Positions 29,047-37,672 of a stretch of DNA of 64,000 bases are shown piece by piece (within the stretch, counting starts at the first letter, position 1; every line of letters begins with the position of its first letter). The notes beneath the pieces are model-generated. The model was given only the letters and a program-made list of their open reading frames with translations. It had not been told where the DNA came from and made no database searches. The stretch is from positions 208,784-272,783 of the forward strand of contig JBPOHN010000012.1 of assembly GCA_052035525.1 (NCBI GenBank), written 5' to 3'. Source of the DNA: Armatimonadota bacterium (GTDB lineage Bacteria > Armatimonadota > UBA5829). The position numbers and the translations under genes are program-made.

Positions 29047-31065
29047 ATGCTTTCCAAAAACGCCGAAGTAATACTGAACCTCGTAATGGACGCAGACGAG
29101 CGCACCGAGGGAATGATGCCCGGTTGGGACATCGAACTCGCGCGCCAGAAGCTCCTCTTCTTCACTCTGCCAAAGGATTTCGCCTCAGACTTCCAGGCTA
29201 TCACTACCGCGCTGGATGCCAAGTTCGCCGGGAGCGGTTCGGCGCTTCGCGAGCGCTGCATATCATTCATGCTCGGCGTTGCTGAGTCACTCAGTTCACC
29301 TGTTGAGCTCGATCACAACCTCAAAGCCAGACCCCTCCACGGCGATGCCGCCCTCAAGTGCGTCAAGGACATCAAAGAGGCGGCGGCCGCGCTCGTGACC
29401 AAATGGGCGGGAATAGACAAGCAGGCGTTCCTCGCGGTTACAGCGCTCATCAAGCTTGAGGACATTGCCGCAAACAAGGGCGACAACCTCTTCGCCGGCT
29501 GGGCCCGCAAGTGGCAGAGCGATACCGGCCGCGACGCCTACGCGTCCCCCGAGGATTACCTCTCCTGCTTCACCGGCCTCTATCAGCGAGGCATGTATTA
29601 TCCGGACCTCTACTTCGCGCGCGAAGAAGGCAAGACCAAGACCCAGTTCTTCAACGACTACGGTCTTCAGGCCTCTCGCTGCCGCAGGATGGGCAGTCTC
29701 GGCGGTACAACGAACCCCGCGATTGCAGTAATGGGCGAGGACGATATGTCCGGCAAGGGCAACATCTGGGGCGAAGAGGCCACCAACTACATCCTCAAGT
29801 TCCCGAACAAGTGGCACGAGGTCCGCAGGGTCATCGCCCGGGAGCAGAAGGCGCGAAACGAAGCAGACGACTGGGGCGCTGTGAAGTTCACGGAGTGGGT
29901 CGTGGTGGACGCGATGCTCGGCCTGCGCTCGATCTTCCTCCTTCGCGGCTTGGGACGCGTGGCATTCCAGCTCAGGCCGGACTGGCACAACGACGAGAAG
30001 AAGCTCACCTGCGCCGGCGCGCAGATATACGAAATACTATGCGAGCGCGTCAGCGAGTTCGACGATATCCTCCTGGACGGCGCGGATGATCTCTATGTCA
30101 ACGCCTGCGGGGAGCGAATGGGAAAAGCCAACAACCACTTCAAGATCGCCTGCACGGGCCAGGCCTGCCTCAATACGGTCCGCAGCTTCAACGCGGGCTA
30201 CTCGGAGGCGTATCCGGACGCGGTCAAGGAGCGCATGTTCACGAACGTGACGCTCTCATACGAAGTCCCGCAGATGTACGCCGCCTCAATGGCCACCGAA
30301 AACGGCATCCGCGACTACGAAAAACGCACCGGTGAGAAGGTGGACGACGGCGAGGGCGGATCGGTCGTGACCAGCATGATCGGCCGCTTCAACGACGCAA
30401 TCCGCGACTATCGCGTGAAGGCGATCCTGGCGGCCCTGCCCGAGACGAGCGAGTTCAAGAAGATAGACCCGGCTTCAGTCAAGAAGCTCACCGATCAAGC
30501 GATCAACGATCCGGGCCTGATCGCGGAACTTGCCTCGGCGGGCATAGACTTCCGCCCGGAGGAAGAGGAGGACGCAATCGACCGCGCGGGCACGCTGGCG
30601 ACAAAGCGGGTCGTGATTCTCCTCGAGAAAGCAGGAGCCGGCGCTCCACTGCCTACTCCCCCCCTTGCGAAGGGGGGGCCGGGGGGGGTGCGCACCCGCA
30701 TCCTGACCGCCTCCAAGCGCAACTTCTTCCAGAACACGGAACTCCTCGACGTGCCGTTCTCAACCGACTTCGGCAACATCCAGCGGATGTATATGGACGT
30801 AATGCCGCTGGAGATCGACAACTGGAAGACGCTCTACGCGGACATGGACGAAAACGGCTACCCGGTCCCCGGCAGCATCTGGGCGAAGCGCCACGAAACG
30901 CTGCAGCGCATCTGGCCGGACTGGAACAAGTGCTTCGACTCCCCCGACGGGGTCAAACCCGAGGAATACGAAACGGCCTGCTACGTCGCGCCCACGCTCA
31001 AGCAGTTCATAGGCATGTGGAACGACAACATCGCCAGGGCGAAATCCTTCGCCGAGAGCGTGTAA
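29047..31065 (+). CDS. Hypothetical 672-aa protein with a transaldolase-like segment (GGTTNPAI ... ILKFP); carries an in-frame poly-C/G hairpin insertion
   Basis: TTNP motif followed ~40 aa later by ILKFPNK, similar to the transaldolase/FSA TTNPSL ... IKIP(K) pair. 30658-30688 encodes PLPTPPLAKGGPGGVRTR from a repeat element. Confidence 0.45.
   Translation: MLSKNAEVILNLVMDADERTEGMMPGWDIELARQKLLFFTLPKDFASDFQAITTALDAKFAGSGSALRERCISFMLGVAESLSSPVELDHNLKARPLHGDAALKCVKDIKEAAAALVTKWAGIDKQAFLAVTALIKLEDIAANKGDNLFAGWARKWQSDTGRDAYASPEDYLSCFTGLYQRGMYYPDLYFAREEGKTKTQFFNDYGLQASRCRRMGSLGGTTNPAIAVMGEDDMSGKGNIWGEEATNYILKFPNKWHEVRRVIAREQKARNEADDWGAVKFTEWVVVDAMLGLRSIFLLRGLGRVAFQLRPDWHNDEKKLTCAGAQIYEILCERVSEFDDILLDGADDLYVNACGERMGKANNHFKIACTGQACLNTVRSFNAGYSEAYPDAVKERMFTNVTLSYEVPQMYAASMATENGIRDYEKRTGEKVDDGEGGSVVTSMIGRFNDAIRDYRVKAILAALPETSEFKKIDPASVKKLTDQAINDPGLIAELASAGIDFRPEEEEDAIDRAGTLATKRVVILLEKAGAGAPLPTPPLAKGGPGGVRTRILTASKRNFFQNTELLDVPFSTDFGNIQRMYMDVMPLEIDNWKTLYADMDENGYPVPGSIWAKRHETLQRIWPDWNKCFDSPDGVKPEEYETACYVAPTLKQFIGMWNDNIARAKSFAESV
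30658..30688. repeat. Poly-C/poly-G hairpin element, copy A (C7-TTGCGAA-G7-CC-G8), inside a CDS
   Basis: Same architecture as copies at 31215-31250 and 52371-52401. Confidence 0.6.
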
Positions 31066-31214
31066 GAGACTCAGACGACGTTGCCAAGGGGGCTTCCCCC
31101 AGGAGTGTGTAAGAGCCGTCGGAGCCTGTAGGAGCCGCGACAGCGTGTAGGAACCCAAAGCATCTCGTCATCCCGAGCGGAGCGAGGGATCTGCCTGAGC
31201 GTGGACTCTGCTTG

Positions 31215-31250
31215 CTCCCTCCCCTGACGAAGGGGAGGGTGGGGGGGGGG
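31215..31250. repeat. Poly-C/poly-G hairpin element, copy B (CTCCCTCCCC-TGACGAA-GGGGAGGG-T-G10)
   Basis: Intergenic, downstream of the 29047 gene. Confidence 0.55.
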
Positions 31251-31293
31251 TAACGACACGCTGCGGCGCTACCTGTGACCGAAAGAATGCTAT

Positions 31294-31321
31294 CTGGGTG
31301 GCGATTTCCGAATCACCACCC
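31294..31321. repeat. REP-like palindrome, copy 2 (CTGGGTGGCGATTTCCGAATCACCACCC)
   Basis: Direct observation. Confidence 0.6.
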
Positions 31322-31394
31322 TCCCGTCAGCGTTGACAGACAACGCCAGCCGCGTGATAATGCACATGCACACCGCCGGCGCGCGAGGAGTCCT

Positions 31395-32453
31395 ATGACC
31401 ACTGACGATGAGTTCGGCACCATCCAGGAACTGGCACAACTCGTGGATGAGGCCTATGACGAGCAGCGTTGGGACGACGTCATCCGCCATTCCGATCAGC
31501 TCACCGGGCATCTGGAGGGAAACGCGCTCCGCAGCCTCCTCCAATTACGCGGGCACGCGTTCGAGCACAAGGGCGAGCACGCCAGGGCGCGGCAGTGCTA
31601 TGAGGCTGTCCTCAAGCTGCCGGCTGACGAGAGCACGGGGGATACGTGGTACGCGCTGGGGAACGCGTATTGCGAGAGCGGCGATCACGACAAGGCCCTG
31701 GAGAGCTATAGCAAGGCCCTTGACACTCCAGGTTTCACGCAACCGGGCATGGCGCTGGAGAACATGGGTGTTGCGCTGTTTCGCAAGGGCGGCTACGCGG
31801 CCGCAATCGAGCATTTCCAAAGGGCGTTGGACACCCCCGGCTGTGAGGGCGCAGGGAGCCTCTGGTGCGCAATGGGCGATGCGCATGCGGAACTCGGCGA
31901 GATTGCTGCTGCCATCGAGTGCTATGAGACAGCCGCGGCGGCGCCGGGATACGCGGATCGCGGAACAGCATGCTTCAACCTGGGCCACACGCTGAACAAG
32001 GCCGGCGATTACGACAGAGCCATCGAAAGTTGCCACAAAGCTCTCGAAGCCGGTTACGACAGTCCCGGACGCGCCTGGCAGAACATGGGCATATCCTACG
32101 GCAGGAAAGGCGATCTTCACAAAGCCATCGACTGCTATCGGGAGGCGCTTCGCGCCCCCGGTTGTGATAACGCCGGCACCGTCTGGTTCAACATGGGCGC
32201 CTGCCACCTGGAGCAGGGAGACTACGACCAGGCGATCGAATGCAACCTCAAAGCGCTCGACACCCCTGGCTTCCAGCACGAAACCGACGCCTGGAACAAC
32301 CTCGGCACGTGCTACCACCGCAAAGGTAACCTCGCCAAAACCAAAGAATGCTACGCTAAGGCCGACGGCGACACGAACGCCAAAACCAACCCGTCCCCCG
32401 CACCCGGCATTCTCTCCCGGATCATCTCCACCCTCCGCAACTGGCTGAGATAG
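31395..32453 (+). CDS. TPR-repeat protein (seven ~40-aa repeats)
   Basis: Repeated W.N.G......GDYD.AIE.Y..AL..PG units. Start taken at MTTDDEFG because upstream codons overlap the REP copy. Confidence 0.75.
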   Translation: MTTDDEFGTIQELAQLVDEAYDEQRWDDVIRHSDQLTGHLEGNALRSLLQLRGHAFEHKGEHARARQCYEAVLKLPADESTGDTWYALGNAYCESGDHDKALESYSKALDTPGFTQPGMALENMGVALFRKGGYAAAIEHFQRALDTPGCEGAGSLWCAMGDAHAELGEIAAAIECYETAAAAPGYADRGTACFNLGHTLNKAGDYDRAIESCHKALEAGYDSPGRAWQNMGISYGRKGDLHKAIDCYREALRAPGCDNAGTVWFNMGACHLEQGDYDQAIECNLKALDTPGFQHETDAWNNLGTCYHRKGNLAKTKECYAKADGDTNAKTNPSPAPGILSRIISTLRNWLR

Positions 32454-32495
32454 TGGCCTGCTGCGCGCGGGTATCTTGGGCGAGGCGATTCTTCT

Positions 32496-32554
32496 CTGGG
32501 TGGTGATTTCCGAATCACCACCCTACAACCCCACGGGAGGGATTTCCGAATCCC
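32496..32554. repeat. REP-like palindromes, copy 3 (CTGGGTGGTGATTTCCGAATCACCACCC, 32496-32523) plus mini-copy GGGATTTCCGAATCCC (32539-32554)
   Basis: Immediately upstream of the RAYT gene. Confidence 0.6.
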
Positions 32555-32572
32555 GCGTCTAACCCCCACCCA

Positions 32573-33115
32573 ATGGCAAACCGATACAAGGTCATCCAGG
32601 GAGGTCCCTATCCGCACCTGATCACTTGCACGATTGTCAGGTGGCTCCCCGTGTTCATCTCGGGCCCGTACTTCCGCGTGCTCACCGACAGCCTCCGGCA
32701 CTTGCGGGAAAACCGAGGCCTGATGATCCATGCGTATGTGATAATGCCCACCCACCTGCACGCCATAGTCACCGCGACCGAGGACGACCTGTCAGATATC
32801 GTGCGCGACTTCAAGAAGTTCACGTCCAGAGCGATCTACGAGCTTGCCGAGCAGTCAGGCAACGTCCTGCTTACGTGGATGTTCGAGCAGGCGGCAAAGA
32901 AGCAGCCTCACAGCCGCTTCAAGGTCTGGCAGGACGAGTTCCACCCCAAGGCTCTGTCCGGTGAGGAGATGATGAGGCAGAAGGCGGAGTATGTGCACGC
33001 GAATCCGGTTCGCAAAGAGCTGGTTATGGAGCCGGAGAAGTGGTATTACTCGAGCGCATCATTCTACGCGGGGAAAGCGACCGGGCCCGTGCCAATCGAC
33101 GTGCCTGAGTGGTAG
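32573..33115 (+). mobile_element. REP-associated tyrosine transposase (RAYT; IS200/IS605 TnpA-like Y1 HUH transposase)
   Basis: HUH motif IMPTHLHAIV and catalytic Tyr region EKWYYSSASFY. 180 aa; flanked on both sides by REP palindromes. Confidence 0.8.
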
Positions 33116-33120
33116 CTGTG

Positions 33121-33172
33121 CCGGATTCGGAAATCCGGCTGGAGCAGTGGGGTGGCGATTCGGAAACCGCGG
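33121..33172. repeat. REP-like elements, copy 4 (CCGGATTCGGAAATCCGG at 33121-33138, plus degenerate GGGGTGGCGATTCGGAAACCGCGG at 33149-33172)
   Basis: Immediately downstream of the RAYT gene. Confidence 0.5.
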
Positions 33173-33248
33173 TTCTGACGAGAAGGCAAGATAGGATTGG
33201 GTGACGAAGCAGAGGCTAGTCTAGCCGGTCTATTCGCTCGCCAATTAG

Positions 33249-34130
33249 CTATCCCGCGAATCTTGGGTCCGGCGCCAGATCCTTGACACGAGGGAGCACA
33301 CCCGCGTATGGGTACTGACCTATGCTGCCGCGCAGAACGAGCGGCATCGTGTTCGGAGAGTCTCGGTAGAAGGCAACCATGGTCGCCATATCACCGTACC
33401 CCAGTCCAGCGCTATCATTGATCATCGTGCACAGCTCCGTAAGACGGTCCTTCAAGACTTCATCGAGAACGGCTCCGTGTGGGTGTAGCGGCCTTTCTGC
33501 CTTGGAGTGAATTCGCGCGGTATAGATGTCTAGTCCCAGCTTCCTGTAGATTACACCGTATGCCTCCTCTGCGATGCACGGGACTAACAGGAACTCGGAG
33601 AATCGTCCTAGAATGCATTCACGCATTCTACTGTAGTGAGCGGTGAATTGCTTACCTGTGGAACAGAAGTCATCAACGTAGACGATGGCACCGTTTTTGA
33701 CCTTCTGGGTCAACTTTGCGAAGTCGGAGGCGTTGGAGTCCACGAAGTGACACTTCAGCCGCTCAAGCCGCCCAAGCCGCCCAGCTCGCTTTAGCAGATC
33801 CAACATTACGGGGCTACTGCTCGCCGCGTCATGAACCTGCACATAGATCACGTTCGCTGGCGCAATACCATCCCGCTGAAGTTCCTCTAGCAGGGCTGTG
33901 TTTTGCGTCACAAGCGCGTCTGCGGTCGCTTTCCTGGAATAGTAGATCACATGATCCAGTAGAAGTAACAAAGCGTGCCAATCCTTGACGTCAAACTTGC
34001 GCAGCCACTGCATGACCGATGCGTGGGTAACGGGCTGCGGCTCATAGTCAGGGAAACGCCGTGCTACCCGCCACGCTCTGTACATCATCGTTGCCGTGTT
34101 CAGCAGCCTAACGTAGCCAACACTCATCAT
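33249..34130 (-). CDS. PRTase-fold domain protein, function unknown (third gene of the Dam/ParB-like operon)
   Basis: PRPP-loop-like GAIVYVDDFCSTGKQF. Start ambiguous between 34130 (MMSVGY) and 34088 (MMYRAW). A paralogue-like motif occurs in the 12262-13161 protein. Confidence 0.5.
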   Translation of the reverse strand: MMSVGYVRLLNTATMMYRAWRVARRFPDYEPQPVTHASVMQWLRKFDVKDWHALLLLLDHVIYYSRKATADALVTQNTALLEELQRDGIAPANVIYVQVHDAASSSPVMLDLLKRAGRLGRLERLKCHFVDSNASDFAKLTQKVKNGAIVYVDDFCSTGKQFTAHYSRMRECILGRFSEFLLVPCIAEEAYGVIYRKLGLDIYTARIHSKAERPLHPHGAVLDEVLKDRLTELCTMINDSAGLGYGDMATMVAFYRDSPNTMPLVLRGSIGQYPYAGVLPRVKDLAPDPRFAG

Positions 34131-35148
34131 CGTCTTCGGCGGGTTCGTCCCCCGCAGCCAATCTCGCGAGCAGAGTATCAACGTAAGCTCTGACCTGCTC
34201 TAGCGCATCCACAAGCTCCTGCCTCTGATCAACAGTGTACTCAAGCTTATAGCGGTCCAGTGCCTGCCTGAAAGAGGTGCACGCGTTCAGGGCTGTCTGC
34301 GTCTGCCGACCCTCGGTGACGAACTCGTCGAAGGCCATTCTGGTCTCCAAATCCATGTTCAGTATGTATTCCCTTAGACGTGCTTTTACCGCCTCCAAGC
34401 GCGCTGGATCCTCACGGCTAAAGGCGAAAGCCTCCAGGATCCTCCGGAAGTGTATGACGCTCTTGATTTTCCCCGCTCGCTTCTTAGCAACCAACCTATC
34501 CGTGATGTTGTCGCGCCCACCGCATTCTGCCACAAACTCCGGCATCTGCTCCTCACACAGCGAGAGGACTGGGTGTGCTTCTATCCAGAAGTTGGATGCC
34601 ACGCGCTCGTTCTTGTCCGGCAGCAACGATAGAGCCTGGAAGCGTTCGGGGAACTGCAGCAGGATCATGCACCGCTCGAGTTGCTGCTCGCTTGCACCGG
34701 TCAACTTTGCCAAGGTCTTGACGTCTGTCTCCTTGAGTTCCTCCATCACAGCTTTTAGGCTTAGGGCAGTTGGCATCAATTCCCACTGCTCCCGCAGACT
34801 ATGGATAGAGAACATATAGAGAAGATTGGCAGCGGTCGAAGGCGGATCGACAACGTTCGCGGGTATTCTGATGTCGTGCCCTTCCTCGCTGAGTTCGCAG
34901 CAGCACTTGTACCTTCGCTCACCGTCGAGTATGGCGTGCTTGCTTTGCCCAGCAGGCATATACACTGTAAGCGGCACTAGCACTCCGTGTTGCGCGATGC
35001 TCCTCTTGAGTTCATCCAGCGGCTCACGGTCAAACAGACGCCGCGGGTTGTATGGGCTGGGCCTGATGTCCTGGGGGCGTAGGTCCTTAAGTGTGCCGGT
35101 AGGCACAACACGTTCCGGCGTATTCGCTCTTGCTCTGCTAAACAACAT
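34108..35148 (-). CDS. ParB/Srx-fold (ParB N-terminal domain) protein
   Basis: DIRPSPYNPRRL...LDELKRSIAQHGVLVPLTVY...ILDGERRYK gives ParB box I and the box II GERRxR arginine patch. The C-terminal 200 aa are unassigned. Confidence 0.7.
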   Translation of the reverse strand: MLFSRARANTPERVVPTGTLKDLRPQDIRPSPYNPRRLFDREPLDELKRSIAQHGVLVPLTVYMPAGQSKHAILDGERRYKCCCELSEEGHDIRIPANVVDPPSTAANLLYMFSIHSLREQWELMPTALSLKAVMEELKETDVKTLAKLTGASEQQLERCMILLQFPERFQALSLLPDKNERVASNFWIEAHPVLSLCEEQMPEFVAECGGRDNITDRLVAKKRAGKIKSVIHFRRILEAFAFSREDPARLEAVKARLREYILNMDLETRMAFDEFVTEGRQTQTALNACTSFRQALDRYKLEYTVDQRQELVDALEQVRAYVDTLLARLAAGDEPAEDDDECWLR

Positions 35149-35980
35149 GGCTCTGTAACCTCCGCGCGCCAGGCGTGGTGTTGTATATCAGCACCTCACC
35201 GGACTCTCCACGCCTCGCAGCGAATCCGGCGATATTTCGTTTCACTGTTACCTTTTCGGCCTCAAAGTCTTTTCGAAGAGCTTCGGCTTCGGCACAATCC
35301 GCGTAGCTGACTAGAAACGCAATGTTCCTCTCGGCTAACGACTCCATCCAGAAACGCAGCCGTGCGAGATCACTGGGGCCAAACACGGTAGGGTTGTATT
35401 CCGCGAACACCCGTCGGTTGGCTACACTGAAAGGCGGGTCCATATACACAAAATCCCCGGGCTCTGCCAGCTTCAGCACCCCCTCAAAGTCGCCCTGCAC
35501 AAGCCGCGCTGTCCGCAGCAGCCTGGAGCACTCGGACAATGTACCCGGAGAAGGGAGATTGCCCGCCTTATCTCCACCATAAGGCACGTTGAATTGGCCT
35601 GCCGCGTTGGTTCGGTACAGCCCGTTGAAGCAAAACCTGTTCAGATAGATGAACCGTGCGGCCCGTTCCGACGGGGTAAGCCGTTCTGGGTCAAGACTGC
35701 GAAGGCGTAAGTACTCCTCACGGCCTTTTTTCAGCCGAAGCAGATGTTCGGCAACGACGGCGGCTTCCTTCTTGATCGCGCGGTACGTCTGGATCAACTC
35801 CGCGTTAGCATCGCCCAACAGGGCTTTCCTAGGCCGCAGCCTGAAATAGAGGCATGCAGAACCGGCAAACGGTTCCAGGTAGCGGTCGTACCCGTCACAC
35901 CAGTAGCGCTCTAGGATCGGCAGAAGCTGCCGCTTACTGCCAGCCCACCGCAGGAAAGGTTGTGCTCGACTCGCACTCAC
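35138..35980 (-). CDS. Dam-family (D12 class) N6-adenine DNA methyltransferase
   Basis: FLRWAGSKRQLLPILERY (motif I region), DPPF (motif IV), and ...NRFCFNGLYR... Start moved to GTG 35980 because the long-ORF N-terminus overlaps a REP copy. Confidence 0.75.
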   Translation of the reverse strand: MSASRAQPFLRWAGSKRQLLPILERYWCDGYDRYLEPFAGSACLYFRLRPRKALLGDANAELIQTYRAIKKEAAVVAEHLLRLKKGREEYLRLRSLDPERLTPSERAARFIYLNRFCFNGLYRTNAAGQFNVPYGGDKAGNLPSPGTLSECSRLLRTARLVQGDFEGVLKLAEPGDFVYMDPPFSVANRRVFAEYNPTVFGPSDLARLRFWMESLAERNIAFLVSYADCAEAEALRKDFEAEKVTVKRNIAGFAARRGESGEVLIYNTTPGARRLQSHVV

Positions 35981-36231
35981 TCGGTCCCCCAAGCTCTTGG
36001 GCCCGCCGCTGCTCTTGGTCCAGATGCCAGGCGGCCGCTCACAGAACGATCTATGGCAGTATAGTCGAATCGTGCCACCTTTGCAAGCGGGCACTTGGTG
36101 GCGAACTTGGTGGCGAACGCGCATAGGCAAATGCCAATCACTTCGCTGCTTGGGACAGAACAACAGCCTGAGCACAGAGGTGGGGACGCCCATGACCCGG
36201 CGGCAGAAGCGGCGGGTTCTTCCTCTTCCCT

Positions 36232-36259
36232 GGGGTGGCGATTTCGGAATAGCCACCCC
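36232..36259. repeat. REP-like palindrome, copy 5 (GGGGTGGCGATTTCGGAATAGCCACCCC)
   Basis: Direct observation. Together with copy 4 it brackets the Dam/ParB-like/PRTase operon. Confidence 0.6.
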
Positions 36260-36595
36260 ACAACCGCGCAATTGACGGCGGTTTCCCCTCAAAACAAACC
36301 GTAACACGGGCAAAAAAGTGCATTTGCGTGCATTTGGGCGCAAAAGGGTGCCGTTTCATACAATCGTCAACCGATTTCACCGAATCCCTGGCCGATTGAT
36401 CTCGCCCGCCCACTCCCTCGTTCACAATTCCAGCCCCACCTGCCCACGCCCCATCCATTGCTCCACGCTCAGACACCCCGTAATGCCGCACACAGACAAT
36501 CCAAACTCTACAATCTAAAATCATCAATCCCTCTGGTTCGTTCCTTCGCCCCGCCAGTTCGTTCCCCCGCCCCGCCCGGCCCCTCCGCGTCCAAT

Positions 36596-36658
36596 CTGCA
36601 ATCACAGATCCAAAATCTGCAATCGACTGTCGACAACCGCCAGTTAACATGCTATACT
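36596..36658 (+). promoter_or_regulatory. Near-consensus promoter TCGACA-17-TATACT (36630-36658) preceded by direct repeats AATCTGCAATC x2, 22 bp apart
   Basis: -35 at 36630-36635, -10 at 36653-36658. It drives a ~185-nt leader containing a 10-bp inverted repeat (AACAAACTCA ... TGAGTTTGTT, 36758-36815) before the EEP gene. Confidence 0.45.
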
Positions 36659-36850
36659 GTCTGCATGAACAACCGAGCACACACAACCACCACTCCTTCC
36701 CACCTCGCAGCCTTCGACTTGGAGCTTGCCACTCCCGCAAGGGATAATGTTGCAAAACAAACTCAATCACTGCGGCATCTGAGCGTGAAACAGCCTCGCC
36801 TGAGCGTGAGTTTGTTCCATGCATTACGAACTCATAAGGGCTGGTTCACG

Positions 36851-37672
36851 ATGCAATGCCTTGCCCTGATCGTGCTCGTCATCCTCTCCATCCCCGCCTG
36901 CGCCGTCGATGGGACTAGACTCACGGTGATGACCTACAACATCGAGTACGGCGCGGGAGTCGATCAGGAAGAGGCTAAGATCGCGGAACGGGCAAGCAAA
37001 GGGCAGCGCGCGGGGAATCGGCTGGATCGGGTCATCGCCGTTATCAAGCACGTGAACCCGGACATACTTGGCATCCAGGAGGCCTGCTCGTGGGACAAGA
37101 ACGACGAGGCGGTGGCGAAGCGGGTCGCGCGGGAACTCGGAATGCACTACTACCTGGCAAAGTCCGGCCAGAGCCGCTTCAACGTCGCGCTCTACAGCAA
37201 GCTGCCGATAGTGTCCGCGAAGGGCTTCCCGGATCACTTCACCCGAGCCGCCCTGCAGGCGGAGTTGAAACTCCCCGATGGACGCCCGCTGCACGTCTTT
37301 GTGACGCACTTCAACCTCCTCAGAAACGAGGACAGCCAACTGAGCGAGATACGCTACCTCGCCGCCCAGATGAGGCCGCACGCGTTCGATCTCGCCACCA
37401 TGATGGGTGACGCCAACTTCAAGTATGGCATCCACAAACCGCACACCGGCGCGCTTCGGGCATCGGGGTTTCTGATCGCGCCGCAGGTCGGCGAGCGGAT
37501 CGACCAGATCTGGACCTCCAGGCCGCTCGAAAAGCACGTAAGCGACGGCCCGGCGATCCCTGCCGAACTGACGAAGAACACCTCCGATCACCGGCCGACC
37601 GTGATCGTATTGAGCATACCGCACGCTGCGGCGACCGAGGGTCCCAGGACTGCCAATGGAGGGCGCAAATAG
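36851..37672 (+). CDS. Secreted endonuclease/exonuclease/phosphatase (EEP) family protein
   Basis: Signal peptide MQCLALIVLVILSIPACA, then TVMTYNIEYG...LGIQEA...HVFVTHFN...SDHRP (EEP motifs). The long-ORF N-extension (36458-36850) is rejected. Confidence 0.75.
   Translation: MQCLALIVLVILSIPACAVDGTRLTVMTYNIEYGAGVDQEEAKIAERASKGQRAGNRLDRVIAVIKHVNPDILGIQEACSWDKNDEAVAKRVARELGMHYYLAKSGQSRFNVALYSKLPIVSAKGFPDHFTRAALQAELKLPDGRPLHVFVTHFNLLRNEDSQLSEIRYLAAQMRPHAFDLATMMGDANFKYGIHKPHTGALRASGFLIAPQVGERIDQIWTSRPLEKHVSDGPAIPAELTKNTSDHRPTVIVLSIPHAAATEGPRTANGGRK

Noticed and set aside
35981-36343. N-terminal extension of the Dam ORF
   Set aside because: It overlaps a REP palindrome and is Arg-rich. Dam homology starts at FLRWAGSKR, immediately after a GTG at 35980.
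36458-36850. N-terminal 131-aa extension of the EEP ORF
   Set aside because: The signal peptide begins at MQCLALIV (36851). The extension is low-complexity, overlaps the promoter and 5' leader, and would bury the signal peptide.
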